A stretch of DNA of 64,000 bases, taken from Eledone cirrhosa (lineage: Eukaryota). This document shows, piece after piece, positions 43,146 through 56,811 of the stretch (positions within the stretch are counted from its first letter, which is position 1; every line of letters starts with the position of its first letter). The stretch spans positions 52,328,001 to 52,392,000 of the forward strand of contig OZ024748.1 of NCBI GenBank assembly GCA_964016885.1, given 5' to 3'. The notes under the pieces were generated by a model. It was given only the letters and a program-made list of their open reading frames with translations, was not told where the DNA came from and did no database searches. A program made the translations under genes and the position numbers.

Positions 43146-43937
43146 ATGGTGTTGTTGTTGTTGGTGGTTGTGGTAGTGGTGGTGGTGGTGGTGTTGTTGT
43201 TGTTGATGGTGGTGGTGGTAGTGGTGGTGGTAGTGATGGTGGTGGTGGTGGTGGTAGTGGTGGTGGTAGTGATGGTGGTGATGGTGGTGTTGTTGTTGGT
43301 GGTGGTGGTGGTAGTGGTGGTGGTAGTGATGGTGGTGATGGTGGTGGTGGTGGTGGTGGTGTGGTGGTGGTAGTATTAGTGGTGGTGGTGGTGGTGATGG
43401 TGGTGATGGTGGTGGTGGTGGTGGTGATGGTGGTGGTGGTGGTGGTGGTGGTGGTGGTGGTGGTGGTGGTGGTGGTGGTGTTTGGTGGTGGTGGTGGTAG
43501 GGTTAGAGTAGTATTGGTGGGGTGGGTTGGGTGGTGTTAGGGAAGTGGTAGTGGTGATGGTGTTGTTATGAGAGTAGTGGTGGTGGTGTTGGGGTAGTAG
43601 TGGTGGTGGTGGTGTTAGGATAGTATTGGTGGTGGTGGTGTTAATGTAGTATTGGTGGTGGTGTGGTATTGGTGGTTTTAGGATGGTAGTGGTGATGGTA
43701 GTGGTGATGGTGGTGGTGGTGGTCGTCGTAGTAGTAGTAGCAGCAGCAGCAATAGAAGTAGAAGTTACAGCAGTAGTAGTAGCAGCAGCAATAGTAGTAG
43801 AAGTAGTAGTTGTAGTAGTAGTAGTAGCAGCAGTAATAGTAGTAGTAGTAGCAATAGTAGTAACAGTAGCAATAGTAGTAGTAGCAGTAGTAGCAGTAGT
43901 AGCAGCAGTAGAAGTAGTAGTAGTAGTAGTAGCAGCA

Positions 43938-43968
<31 letters not shown>

Positions 43969-45600
43969 CAGCAGTAATAGTAGCAGTAGTAGTAGTAGCA
44001 GCAGTAGTAGTAGCAGCAGTAGTAATAGCAGCAGTAGCAGCAGCAGCAGCAGTAGTAGCAGCAGCAGCAGTAGTAGCAGCAGCAGTAGTAGTAGCAGTAG
44101 TAGTAGTAGCAGCAGTAGTAGTAGCAGCAGTAGTAGTAGCAGCAGTAGTAGTAGCACCTTTAATTTCCCTAATAGTGTAGAGTCTGTCATGGTGAAGGTA
44201 TTTTCTGTTTACCCTTTAGCCCAGGGGTAGGATGGAGTAAACATGGTTGGGTGGGGTAACGGTTGGGTGTGTGTATGTGTGGGTTGGGGGGGAGAGTTGG
44301 GGGAGGGGTGGAAGTTAAGGGGGAGGACGGGCTGGGGGTGGTGTGTGTGTGTGTGTGGGGGGTTGTAGAGTGTAATTAAAATGAATAAACTTGACTGAAA
44401 AAACATTTGAGAAGAGAAAATCAATTTATAACAATCTTAATGATATTGCTGTAGCCATCATCATCATCATCATTATAATCATCATCATCATCATCATCGC
44501 TATCACCATCGCCACCATTTCATCATCATCATCATCACTGTCATCATAATCATCATTATCATCATCACCACCATTATTATTGTCATTATCATCACTACCA
44601 TCATCATCATCATCATCATCATCATCACTATCATCACCATTATCATCATCATCACCATATCCTCATCACTGTAATTATTTGTTGGTAGTGGTGATACTGA
44701 TGGTGGTGATGGTGGTGATGATGATGGTGATGGTGGTGATGGTGATGTTGACGATGGTGGTGGTGGTGATGGTGATGGTGATGGTGGTGATGGTGATGGT
44801 GGTGATGGTGGTGATGTTGACGATGGTGATGGTGGTGATGGTGATGGTGGTGATGGTGATGGTGGTGATGGTGGTGATGGTGGTGATGATGATGGTGGTG
44901 ATGGTGGTGGTGGTGGCAATGGTGGTGATGGTGATGGTGGTGATGATGATGGTGATGGTGGTGATGGTGATGTTAACGATGGTGGTGGTGGTGGTGGTGG
45001 TGGTGATGGTGATGGTGGTGATGGTGGTGATGTTGACGATGGTGATGGTGGTGATTGTGATGGTGGTGATGGTGATGTGGTGATGGTGGTGATGATGATG
45101 GTGGTGATGGTGGTGGTGGTGGCAATGGTGGTGATGGTGATGGTGGTGATGGTGGTAATGGTGGTGACAGCGATGATGTTGATGATGATGGTGGTGATGA
45201 TGGTGATTGTGGTGATTGTGGTGATGGTGGTGACAGTGGTGATGTTGACGATGATGATGGTGATGGTGGTGATGCTGATGTTGATAGTGATGGTGGTGAT
45301 GGTGATGATGACGATGGTGATGGTGGTAATGGTGGGGACAATGGTGGTGATGGTGGTGATGTTGATGCTGATAGTGATGGTGGTGATGGTGGTGATGGTG
45401 GTGACAGTGGTGATGTTGACGATGATGATGGTGGTGATGGTGATGGTGATGGTGATGATGATCCTGATGGTGGTGATGGTGATGATGACGCTGGTGATGG
45501 TGGTAATGGTGGTGACAATGGTGGTGATGGTGGTGATAGTGGTGATAGTGGTGATGTTGATGCTGATGTTAGTGGTGTTGATGGTTATGATGGTGATGAG
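43146..45600. repeat. (GGT)n, (AGT/AGC)n, (CAT)n and (GGT/GAT)n trinucleotide tracts
   Basis: Direct reading. Confidence 0.95.
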
Positions 45601-45853
45601 TAAGATTGATAAAGAAAATGAAAGAAACTAAGAAGAACTCCACCAATTTCCTCTGGTAGTTGATGACTAAGTGAAGTAATTTTTATTAAAATAACATGTT
45701 AGTCATGAACCTTGTGGCTAGAGAGGTCACAATGAAATATATTGACCCATCAAATCTTAGTGAAGTTCATCTTTCTGTGATTCTATTCATTTAGAAAGTG
45801 TCTTCTTTATCTCCCATTATCTGTGTAGGTATCAGAATATGTATAGATATATA

Positions 45854-46240
45854 TGGAGGCACATGGCTTAGTGGTTAGAGCATTGGCCTTGAAATCGAAA
45901 GGTTGTGAGTTCAATTCTCAGACCGAGTGATGTGTTGTTTCCTTGAGCAAGACACTTTATTTCACATTGCTCCAGTTTACTCAGCTGTAGAAATGAGATG
46001 ATAGGACTGGGGTCCCTATCATTCCACTGCAAAGTGGTCGTTGAGGTGCCACGGCAAAAAAAGCACCCAGCCCACACTGTAAAGTGGACATGTAGGCGCC
46101 ACGGAAAGAAAAGCACCCAGCACTCACTGTAAATGAGGTTGGTGTTAGGAAGGGCATCCAGCTGTAGAAATCAAACCACAATCAGTTCCCGTCCCACCCT
46201 TGCAAGCAGGGAAAAGCAGTCGTAAAATGATGATGATGAT
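45854..46240 (+). mobile_element. SINE family A with duplicated internal module
   Basis: Two AAAAGCACCCAGC..CACTGTAAA modules. Confidence 0.9.
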
Positions 46241-46283
<43 letters not shown>

Positions 46284-46286
<3 letters not shown>

Positions 46287-47390
46287 TATATAAATGGCAA
46301 TTTCTGTGTGTAACCAGTTGGTATCTAAACCAGTGATCCAATCCTGATGAAACTTTACACACCTGTTAAGCTAATATTCAGAAATAGAACTGTCTAATTG
46401 GATTTCAATAATGGAAGCCACTATAACTGTTGGTGTACCTAAAAGAAATAGAAAACAAATCTCCCTCAAACAAGATCCTACTGCCATAGAGTTGGTGAAA
46501 GCTACAGTGTAAACACTTTTATTAACACAGGCTCTACTGCACTTTGGGCCAAGGAGCATAAACTCTCCAAATATTGGTCGCTCTCTAACAGGTTTGTTAT
46601 TGAGCCCATAGCAATGGAGGTTTCTGGTGTCCTTGGCTCTAGGGCTATCTTCCAACTCACCACCATCAGCACAGATTTGGCTACCCACAGGGGCGAGCTT
46701 CGCAAGCCAGAATGGATTTTCCAGCATGTCTCCCTCAGTATCCTCTATTCCAGCCACCTGGGCTGCTGGGCGGCCAGCGCATGGGCCCCCATTTGCTCAT
46801 AATAGTGAGTGATGGGGAGATCGGAAGAGATAAAAGGCAGTGACAGTGGGAGTTTGTTTCCTGGTGTATCATCATCATCATCCTCGTTTAAATCCACTTT
46901 CCACGCTAATGTATATATTTACCACACTTATACACATTTAGATAAACTTTCCTGAATTACAGAAATAAGTAAATTCTTCATTCATTCATAAACCAATAGT
47001 AAATTTATTTTTTTATTTTATTTTATTTATGCTTTTTAAAATAGTCTTTACATTGTGTTTGAATTTCAGAGGTTCTGATTGTGCAAAAAAAAATGGATAA
47101 ATAAAATCTAAATTTATTTCTTTGGTCATGCCCTTTTCACTGACAACATGCCTAATGGTTCTTCCAAGTCGCAAGCATTATATATGCTGACTGTAATAGG
47201 GTGCAGTATTAACAAAATCACCACTGGACAAAACTAATAATATTTTTTATCTACATTATTTGCTTTAAACAAACGGCAATAAATATTCTGCTATAATTCC
47301 TACTTTAGTTAAAATGCAGCAATCATATTTCCATGGTCAAATATTGTAACTTTTATAAAATACCCGGGAATCACCGGGTTGCTCACCTAG
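46284..47390 (+). mobile_element. Probable non-autonomous Helitron
   Basis: 3' hairpin ACCCGG-GAATCA-CCGGGT, 7 nt spacer, CTAG, then T. 5' region TATATAAA..TCTGTGTG..CCAATCCTGATGAAACTTTACACAC resembles invertebrate Helitron 5' ends. The 5' boundary is uncertain. Confidence 0.6.
46520..46760 (+). mobile_element. CRE-clade endonuclease fragment (homologous to 21536-21790)
   Basis: KLSKYWSLSNRFVIEPIAMEVSGVLGSRA..EWIFQHVSLSIL. Confidence 0.75.
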
Positions 47391-48556
47391 TATTTATATA
47401 ATTAAATACATACATAAATACATACATATATACCCAGAGAGAGAGAGAAGAGTGATTTCTACAACGAGAACTCTTTATTCTTAACACTTTAGAATTTAAA
47501 CTGGCTGTATCTGGCCACAATTCTCTCACCTCTTTCTGTTCAAACCAGCTGTAACCATCTACTCATACTTATGTTAAGGTATTGTTCCCAAAATAAATAA
47601 TATCAAAATATCATTCGATATTATGAGATGATTATGTGAGATAAAGAGTTTACGGTGAAAATAAAGACAGAAGTAATGTAAATGGTAAGATTTAAGAAAT
47701 CATCAGGAATTTCATGTATACATATATATACGCACATACATAATATATACATACATAAATATATATATATATATATACACATACATATATATCATACATA
47801 TATATACATATATACATGCATACATATATACACACATACACACTTATAAATATATATATATATGATAATTTCTCTGTATATCTACCAAACTAAATATATT
47901 TTCATCTCTATCTCTTCAGTTTATCCATAATATATTATATCTATTAGTTTAAATATAAACTCAAAAATACTTAACCAAAGGCACTAGATTTTCTACCATC
48001 ACACACGTATGTACGTACTCATTTGTACATGTACATACATATATGCAAACGTATATATGATACATGCATAAATACATACATATGTACATATACAAATGTA
48101 GATACGCATGCATGCATACATAGATATCATACAGATATACTATACCATACATATACGCATATATATATATATTAGTGCCTATGTACTGAATCCCAAATTC
48201 TATCCATTGGAAATACAGGGGAATAAGAATTATCAAAAAGAAACTATAAGTTGATATAAAAAAATAATATAAAATAATTGTATTGAAAATAAAGAACGAA
48301 GAGAAAATAGATCTATGCTGAAGATACCAAATACTCATTCAGTGTGCATAGGCTTGTTACTCAGCTTCATAAGATATTATATTTATATAAATTGGATGTT
48401 CAATGTCAATGTGAGTGAACGACCAAGCATAGAGGAGTTGAGAGTTTTGATTTAAATTAACATTCTGTACCATATGAAACTGCATTTGTTTCCTGCTGAT
48501 TGACTCTACCCATAAAATCGGCCAACAATTCTTTCCTTAGACATTCTAACCACAAT

Positions 48557-49082
48557 GTCCATGGTACCAGAGCTGTGATCTCTTGGTGTAGAGACGTAGC
48601 AGCTATATCTGGCATGACTCATTCACTTCTGAGCTACCTACCCTTGTCCATGGTACCAGAGCTGTGATCTCTTGGTGTAGAGACGTACCAGTTATATCTG
48701 GCGTGACTCCCTCACCACTGAGCTACCTACCCTTGTCCATGGTACCAGAGCTGTGATCTCTTGGTGTAGAGACGTACCAGCTATATCTGGCGTGACTCAT
48801 TCACTTCTGAGCTACCTACCCTTGTCCATGGTACCAGAGCTGTGATCTCTTGGTGTAGAGACGTACCAGCTATATCTGGCGTGACTCATTCACTTCTGAG
48901 CTACCTACCCTTGTCCATGGTACCAGAGCTGTGATCTCTTGGTGTAGAGACGTACCAGCTATATCTGGCATGACTCATTCACGTCTGAGCTACCTACCCT
49001 TGTCCATGGTACCAGAGCTGTGATCTCTTGGTGTAGAGATGTAGCAGCTATATCTGGCGTGACTCCCTCACCACTGAGCTAC
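48557..49082. repeat. 89-bp tandem repeat, ~6 units, derived from an RTE ORF segment
   Basis: Unit starts at 48557, 48646, 48735, 48824, 48913, 49002. Confidence 0.95.
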
Positions 49083-49196
49083 ATGCTCTATCTTAATAAT
49101 TTGTTTATAATTAATTTTCTTTGTATTCCCTGAACAATAAGAATTTAAAGCACCGAGGGATTGAACTCAAAACTGAGACATTAATACCATAGTGAT

Positions 49197-49239
<43 letters not shown>

Positions 49240-49242
49240 ATA

Positions 49243-49481
49243 CATGTGATGCGCATGGAGGATGACCGCTGGGTAAAGTGCTAAGAAATGCCAGTAGAAG
49301 GAAGACGCAGTAGAGGAAGACAATGAAAAACATGGGCAGAGGTGGTGAGAGCAGACCTCAGATTGCTGAAGCTCACGGAGGAGATGACAAAGGACCGTGA
49401 CGAGTGGAGAGATGTAGTGCTGAATAGGACCTGTCCAACTCTTGCAAGCAGGGAAAAGCGAACGTAAAATGATGATGATGA
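49243..49481 (+). mobile_element. RTE LINE 3' end sharing its tail with SINE A
   Basis: HVMRMEDDRWVKC*EMPVEGRRSRGRQ*KTWAEVVRADLRLLKLTEEMTKDRDEWRDVVL then CTTGCAAGCAGGGAAAAGCGAACGTAAAATGATGATG; relatives at ~60-170, 7370-7505, 56175-56265. Confidence 0.85.
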
Positions 49482-49649
49482 TATATATATATATATACAA
49501 TAAAATGTATGTCTATGTAGGTTTATATAAAGCTATGTAAAAAAAGAAAACCTATTACAAATAGGAATTTAAAGGCTCTCAAGTACAGCCACCACACATG
49601 TGTGTGTGTGTGTTTAGAGAGCAATAGAGAAGAGGGGGAGATAGGTCTT

Positions 49650-49808
49650 GATATATATGTGTATATACATACATATTCATATATACATATTCAATATACA
49701 TATATATATATACACGCACGTACATATTTGTATTCATATATATACATATTCAATATATATATATATATACACACATACATACATATTTGTATTCATATTA
49801 TACATATT

Positions 49809-49851
<43 letters not shown>

Positions 49852-52040
49852 TACATATTTGTATTCATATATATATATATATATTCAATATATATATATA
49901 TATATATATACACATACATACATATTTGTATTCATATTATACATATTCAATATATATATATATAATATATATATACACACACATACATATTTGTAGTCAT
50001 ATATATACATATTCAATATATATGTCATATATATACATATATATATGTCATATATATACAATATATATGTCATATATATACATATTCAATATATATATTT
50101 ATATATATATGTGTGTATATATATATATGTAAATATATATATATATATACACACATATATATACACACACACACACATATATACATATACACACACACAC
50201 ATACACATACACACACACACATACATATATATACATATGATAGTTCATAAGAAACACATAGAAAGTAAGATAGAGACATAAAAATATAAAGAAGACAAGG
50301 GAAAGTTAGTTATAAAGCAATACTTCTAATCCCATTGTGGGTTTTCAAGTTTTCAGCTTCACAGATCCATCATGATTTTCTTGAAGAATAAGCTTCATTC
50401 AATCTTGAGAAGGGCTTTTTTATTTATTCCCAGGAAGTTAAGGGAAACTTCTCCCTCACCCCATATCTTCTATCCACTTTATTTTTCATAGTTATATTTC
50501 TACATATACTGAAAAAAGATAGTTTTCCTTATAGTTCTTGTTATACTTTTATATTTATATATATATATATGTGTTTTGTGTGTGTATGTGTTTTGTGTGT
50601 GTATGTGTGTTGTGGGTGTTGTGTGTTGTGTGTGTATGTGTTTTGTGTGTGTATGTGTGTTGTGGGTGTTGTGCGTTGTGTGTGTATGTGTTTTGTGTGT
50701 GTATGTGTGTTGTGGGTGTTGTGTGTTGTGTGTGTATGTGGTTATATATGTGTGTTGTGTGTATGTATGTGTCTATATTGGTGTGCTGTGTGTTGTGTGT
50801 ATGTATGTGTCTATATTGGTGTGTTGTGTTTCTATATTGGTGTACTGTGTGTTGTGTGTATGTATGTGTCTATATTGGTGTGTTGTGTGTTGTGCGTATG
50901 TATGTGTCTATATTGGTGAGTTGTGTATGTATGTGGTTATATATGTGTGTGTATGTGGTTGCATATGTGTGTTGTGTGTATGTGCTTATATTGGTATGTT
51001 GTGTGTGTGTGGTTATATGTGTGTGTATGTGTTTATATTGGTGTGTGTTGTGTGTGTGTGTGTGCTTTTTTATATGTGTTGTGTGTGTGTTTATATTTGT
51101 TTGTTGTGTGTGTGTATAGTTATATTTGTGTGTGTGTATATGGTTATATGTGTGTTGTGTGTGGTTATGTTTGTGTGTTGTGTGTGTATGTGCTTATATT
51201 TGTGTTGTGTAGTGTGTGTGGTTATATTGTGTTGTGTGTGTATGTGGTTATATTTGTGTTGTGTGCTGTGTGTGTGTATGTGGTTATATTTATGTGTTGT
51301 GTGTGTGTATGTGTCTATATTGGTGTGTGTTGTGTGTGTATGTGTTTATATTGGTATGTTGTGTATGCATGTGGTTATATATGTGTGTGTATGTGGTTAT
51401 ATTTGTGTGTGTGCTTATATTTGTGTTGTGTGTGTGTGTATGGTTATATTTGTGTTGCGTATTGTGTGTGTATATGGTTATATTTGTGTTGTGTGTGTGT
51501 GTGTGTATATCTAGCTATGTTTAAATGTGTCTATGTTTGTATGTGCATGTGTTGTGTGTGTTTGTATTATGTGTATGAATGTGAGTATGTGTTAAATGTG
51601 TTGTGTGTGTGTGTTTGTATGATGTGTATGAATGTGTGTATGTGTTAAATGTGTTGTGTGTGTGTTTGTATTATGTGTATGAGTGTGTGTGTATGTGCAT
51701 GTGTTGTGCGTGTGTTTGTATTATGTGCATGTGTTGTGTGTGTTTGTATTATGTGTATGAATGTGTGTGTATGTGCATGTGTTGTGTGTATGTTTATATT
51801 ATGTGTATGAATGTGTGTGTATGTGCATGTGTTGTGTGTGTGATTGTATTATGTGTGTGAATGTGTGTGTATGTACATGTGTTGTGTGTGTGTTTGTATT
51901 ACGTGTGTGAATGTGTGTGTATGTGCATGTGTTGTGTGTGTGTTTATATTATGTGTATGAATGTGAGTATATGTGCATGTTTTGTGTGTGTTTGTTTGTA
52001 TTATGTGTATGAATGTGTGTATATGTGTTAACATGTGTGA

Positions 52041-52070
<30 letters not shown>
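49650..52070. repeat. (TA/CA) and (GT)-rich compound microsatellites
   Basis: Tracts 49650-50240 and 50570-52070. Confidence 0.93.
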
Positions 52071-52071
<1 letters not shown>

Positions 52072-53675
52072 CATTGTCACTGTGCGAGTATTGTATGTTT
52101 ATTTTTAATTTGTTCTTTCTCTGAAATTCTGTATCATCTTATTTCTTATCAACTTACTCTCTCACTGCTATTTTCACTGTTGTTGTTGTTGCTGTTATTG
52201 CTGTTGTTGTTGTTGTTGTTGCTGCTGTTATTGTTGTTGTTGTTCTTGTGTTGCGGCAACTAAACCTATCAACGTTTTCCAACCAATCATTATATCATCG
52301 CTGAACTAATCAGTTCTAAAAGACATTTTAGTTGATAGATTTTTCCTCCCCACTCTAAATAAATTCTCCTCTCTCCTCTTTTGTAAATATATTTTGCTGC
52401 CACAGCCTTTTTTGAAGTCTAGAAAAATCTTTTCTTTATTTCCTTTAAAAAATATATATATAATTTTTTTTCCCTTATATTTCACATAACTTTTTTTTTT
52501 CCTTGATTTTGACAAATTAATAAATTCTTCACTGTGGAACACTCAAAAATATGGTGGTCTCCCCCACCACATAATAGTGAAAATAAATTTATTAAAAAAT
52601 AAAATAAAATAAAATAAAATAAAATAAAATAAAATAAAATAAAATAAAATAAAATAAGAAAATTTTACTTCAGTAACAGAAAACTTCATTTTGTTTCCCC
52701 TCTATACATCAAACTGCTGGGTTAATGCATTTTACACACACACACATTTATATACACATATTTATGTCACTAAACACACATATATATATATATATGTGTG
52801 TGTATATATATATATATATATATACACATATATATATATAAGTATGTGTGTATGTATATATATATAAGTATGTGTATATATATATATATATATATATAAA
52901 TATAAGTATGCATGTATGTGTGTGTGTATATATATATATATAAGTATGCATATATGTGTGTATATATATATATATATGCATTAAAAAACACACATGTACA
53001 CATAAGCATTTATATACGTACACATTTTTCTATTCTTTTTTTCATATTTTCTATAGAAAATAAAAGGAGAAAAAATCTATTAAAACTGAACAATTTTTTC
53101 TCTTTTTTAAGCACAGAACTATGTTAGATTTTGTTGCTTTTTTTTAAATACTGTTGTTGTTGTTGTTGTTGTTGCTATGTGTGTGTATGTATGTATATTA
53201 TGTTTGTTTGGAAATTTCATCTAGTTTAGCTAAATTGTGTGGTATATATTTTTTTCGAATCATTTTAATTTTTTTTCATTTTTAATTTATTTTATTTTTA
53301 TAATTTTCAATTTTTATTACATAATCCACACCAATGTCAATATTTGGCTACCATGTCAACAGCATGCAGGCATCAACACTTTGATGGTTTTACTATCACA
53401 TTAACACATATATGAAGAGAGGGGGAGAGTTGGAGAATGGGGAGAATGAGAGAGTAAGAGAAAGGGTGTGAGGTGAGATGAAGAATGAAAGAAAGGGGCG
53501 AGTAAGAGTAAAATATAAAGAGAGAGGGGGAGTTGAAATGTGAAAGAAAAAGAGAGAGAATGAATTATGGGGGAGAGGAGGAGGTTTTGTGTGTGGAATC
53601 TCTGCACCTACATTATCATATGCATATCCAAATAAAAAGTTTTATATCTACATCCCCTGTTATATATGCACAATC

Positions 53676-53706
<31 letters not shown>

Positions 53707-53807
53707 CTATACATACACAAAAATATGTATATAATCTCCATATTTTTATGCTACCTTTGTATACATACATTATACATTGTCCTCACACATTCTGTCAATT
53801 GTATATA

Positions 53808-53858
<51 letters not shown>

Positions 53859-55259
53859 ATATATATATATTTATGTCTGTGTGTGTATGTTTATATATGT
53901 ATGTATGTTCACTTATATGACAGTGTGCATGTAAGCTGAGCTTAAATGCCACATTTACAAAATATATCTATTTTCAATGCTCTGAAATATGAAACCCTCC
54001 ACTAAAAAAAAGACTAGAGAGAGAGGTTGGGAGAGAGAAACAAAACAAAACTGATTAAAATTTTCAAGGATTTCTATTATAATCATCTAGGGATATATTA
54101 AATATCAGTTGTTGTCAATATATGAGCAGTAAGCAAAGCATTGCTTTGTCAGCCATTTTGTAAATCTGTACAATGTGACAACGTTTCGATTGGTCAATCT
54201 TATTTATGACTTGTCATTGTTATGATTGGTCAGGAATTTTTTCCCTAAATTTGCCATAATTCATCCTACCACATTGATAACTCAATTCTAGAGTTTTATG
54301 TTTATGCATAGATCAGTAAATATGAGCAATTTTATAACTCCATTTTATATCTATCTCATCTTTGTGTCCAATCTTGAATTACATAATTTTATTCTTCTTT
54401 TGAGCTGCATTTTTTGTTTGTTTGTGCACGTATGTGCATGTGTGTGTGAGTATATGTGTGTGTGAGTGTGTGTGTGTGTGTGAGCGTGTGTGTGTGTTTG
54501 AGCATGTGTGTGAGTGTGTGTGTGTGTATGTGTGAGAGAGAGAGTGTGTGTCTGAGAGTGTGTTTGTGAGAGTGTATTGTAGTGTGTGTGTGTGTGCACG
54601 TGTGTGTGGTATGTTTGAGAATATGTGTATGTGATGTGTGTATGTGTCTGTATGTGTGTGTGTGTGCATATATTTGCATGTGTGTGTGAGCATATGTGTG
54701 TGAGTGAATGTGTGTGTGTGTGTGTGTGTGTAAGAATGTGTGTGTGTGAGAGTGAGTTTGTGAGAGGGTGTTAGAGAGTGTGTGTGAATGAGTGTGTTTG
54801 TGATTGTGTGTGTGTGTGTGTGTATGTTTGCATGTATGTGTGCATATGCGAGAGATGGAGAGTGTATGTGTGTGTTTGTGTGTGGTGATGATAATAGTGA
54901 TAGTGGTCTTTGTTTCTGTTCACAATTATTTTTAAAGCTAGCTTAGGTCAATTTTTCCATGTCATCATATTCATTGTATGAATTGCTTCTTTCTGAAAAT
55001 TCAAATAAATACATAAAATTGTTGTAGTAAATGTTTTTATGGCAGTTTTGGCTCTGTACAGAGAAAGCAAACAATATGTCTGGCATGTGGCAGCATAATG
55101 TGTAATGAGTTATGCTCAGTGCATAGAGTACACTGCATTATATGTGCGTGTATATATATATATATATATGTATGTATGTGTGTATTTATGTATATATATA
55201 TATATATGTGTGTGTATGTATATGTATGAATATATATATATATATACACACACACATAC

Positions 55260-55297
55260 AAGCGGACGTAAAATGAAATGAAATGATGATGATGATG

Positions 55298-55329
<32 letters not shown>

Positions 55330-55519
55330 ACGTATGTATGTATAATATATATATATATGGATATATATATGTATATATGTATATATATTTATGTATATAA
55401 ATATATGTACATATATATATGTATATATATATATGCAGAATGCAAAGTTGAATGAACTTGCAAAGTGGTAATGATCTGATGTAAAATCTCTCATATAATG
55501 GGAGTATATAGGCATATAC

Positions 55520-55570
<51 letters not shown>

Positions 55571-55830
55571 TAGCCATATATATATATATGCCTATATACT
55601 CCCATTATATGAGAGATTTTACATCAGATCATTACCACTTTGCTTGTTCATTCAACTTTGCATTCTGCATATATATACATATATATATGTAGATATGTTT
55701 ATATACATACATAAATATATATACATATATACATATATATATCCATATATATATATATATATTATACATACATACGTACACACACACATATATATATATA
55801 TCATCATTTCATTTCATTTTACGTCTGCTA
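55260..55830. repeat. ~570-bp palindrome (inverted duplication)
   Basis: Unique GCAGAATGCAAAGTTG..GGGAGTATATAGGCATA, microsatellite interruptions and a SINE tail are all mirrored. Confidence 0.9.
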
Positions 55831-56138
55831 TCCCTGCTTGCAAGGGTGGGATGGAGACTGATTCTGGCTTGATTTCTACAGCTGGATGCCCTTCCTAACA
55901 CCAACCTCATTTACAGTGAGTGCTGGGTGCTTTTTTACCGTGGCACCTCCACGACCACTTTGCAGTGGAATGTTAGGGACCCCACTCCCTATCATCTCAT
56001 TTCTACAGCTGAGTAAACTGGAGCAATGTGAAATAAAGTGTCTTGCTCAAGGAAACAACACATCAGCCGGTCCGAGAATTGAACTCACAACCTTTCGATT
56101 GCAAGGCCAATACTCTAACCACTAAGCCATGTGCCTCC
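55801..56138 (-). mobile_element. SINE family A
   Basis: Full-length copy. Confidence 0.9.
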
Positions 56139-56415
56139 ATACATATATAATCATGCATATATATAATTATCATTGTACAAGTGGAGAGATGCTGTGCTGA
56201 ATAGGAACCGTCCAACCCTGGCAAGCAGGGAAAAGCGGACGTAAAATGATGATGATAATGATGATATATAACCTTTATTTTATTACAGAAATGACTTCTT
56301 TCAAGTCTAGAACTATTTCATTAATAAGAAATCATCAGGAATCCACCTATCATCTCATTTCTACAGCTGAGTAAACTGGAGCAATGTGAAATAAAGTGTC
56401 TTGCTCAAGGAAACA

Positions 56416-56573
<158 letters not shown>

Positions 56574-56811
56574 TGAACGCACGTGGCTTAGTGGTTAGAG
56601 AGTTGGAATTGCAATCGCAAGGATGCGAGTTCAATTCTCAGACAAGGTGATGTGTTGTGTCCTTGAGCAAGACACTTTATTTCATGCTGCTCTTTCTGCC
56701 AGGAGATGTGACTGGGAGATAGTATCAGCAATAGAAAGACCATTCGAAACATTGTTTTCTTGGTCCAATTTGATGAGGTCTGGGATCTTTTTGATTGATC
56801 AGAGTGATATA

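Noticed and set aside
44503-45631. Extensin-like Pro/Ser-rich and Val/Met-rich ORFs
   Set aside because: Products of (GGT/GAT) trinucleotide tracts.
46344-46355. CTGATGAAAC as a hammerhead core
   Set aside because: No room for stem II; part of the Helitron-like 5' motif.
48557-49082. CRISPR-like array or tandem tRNA genes (TAGCTCAGTGGT A-box-like motif on minus)
   Set aside because: Whole units repeat with no unique spacers, no cas genes, no B-box or cloverleaf; explained by an RTE coding origin.
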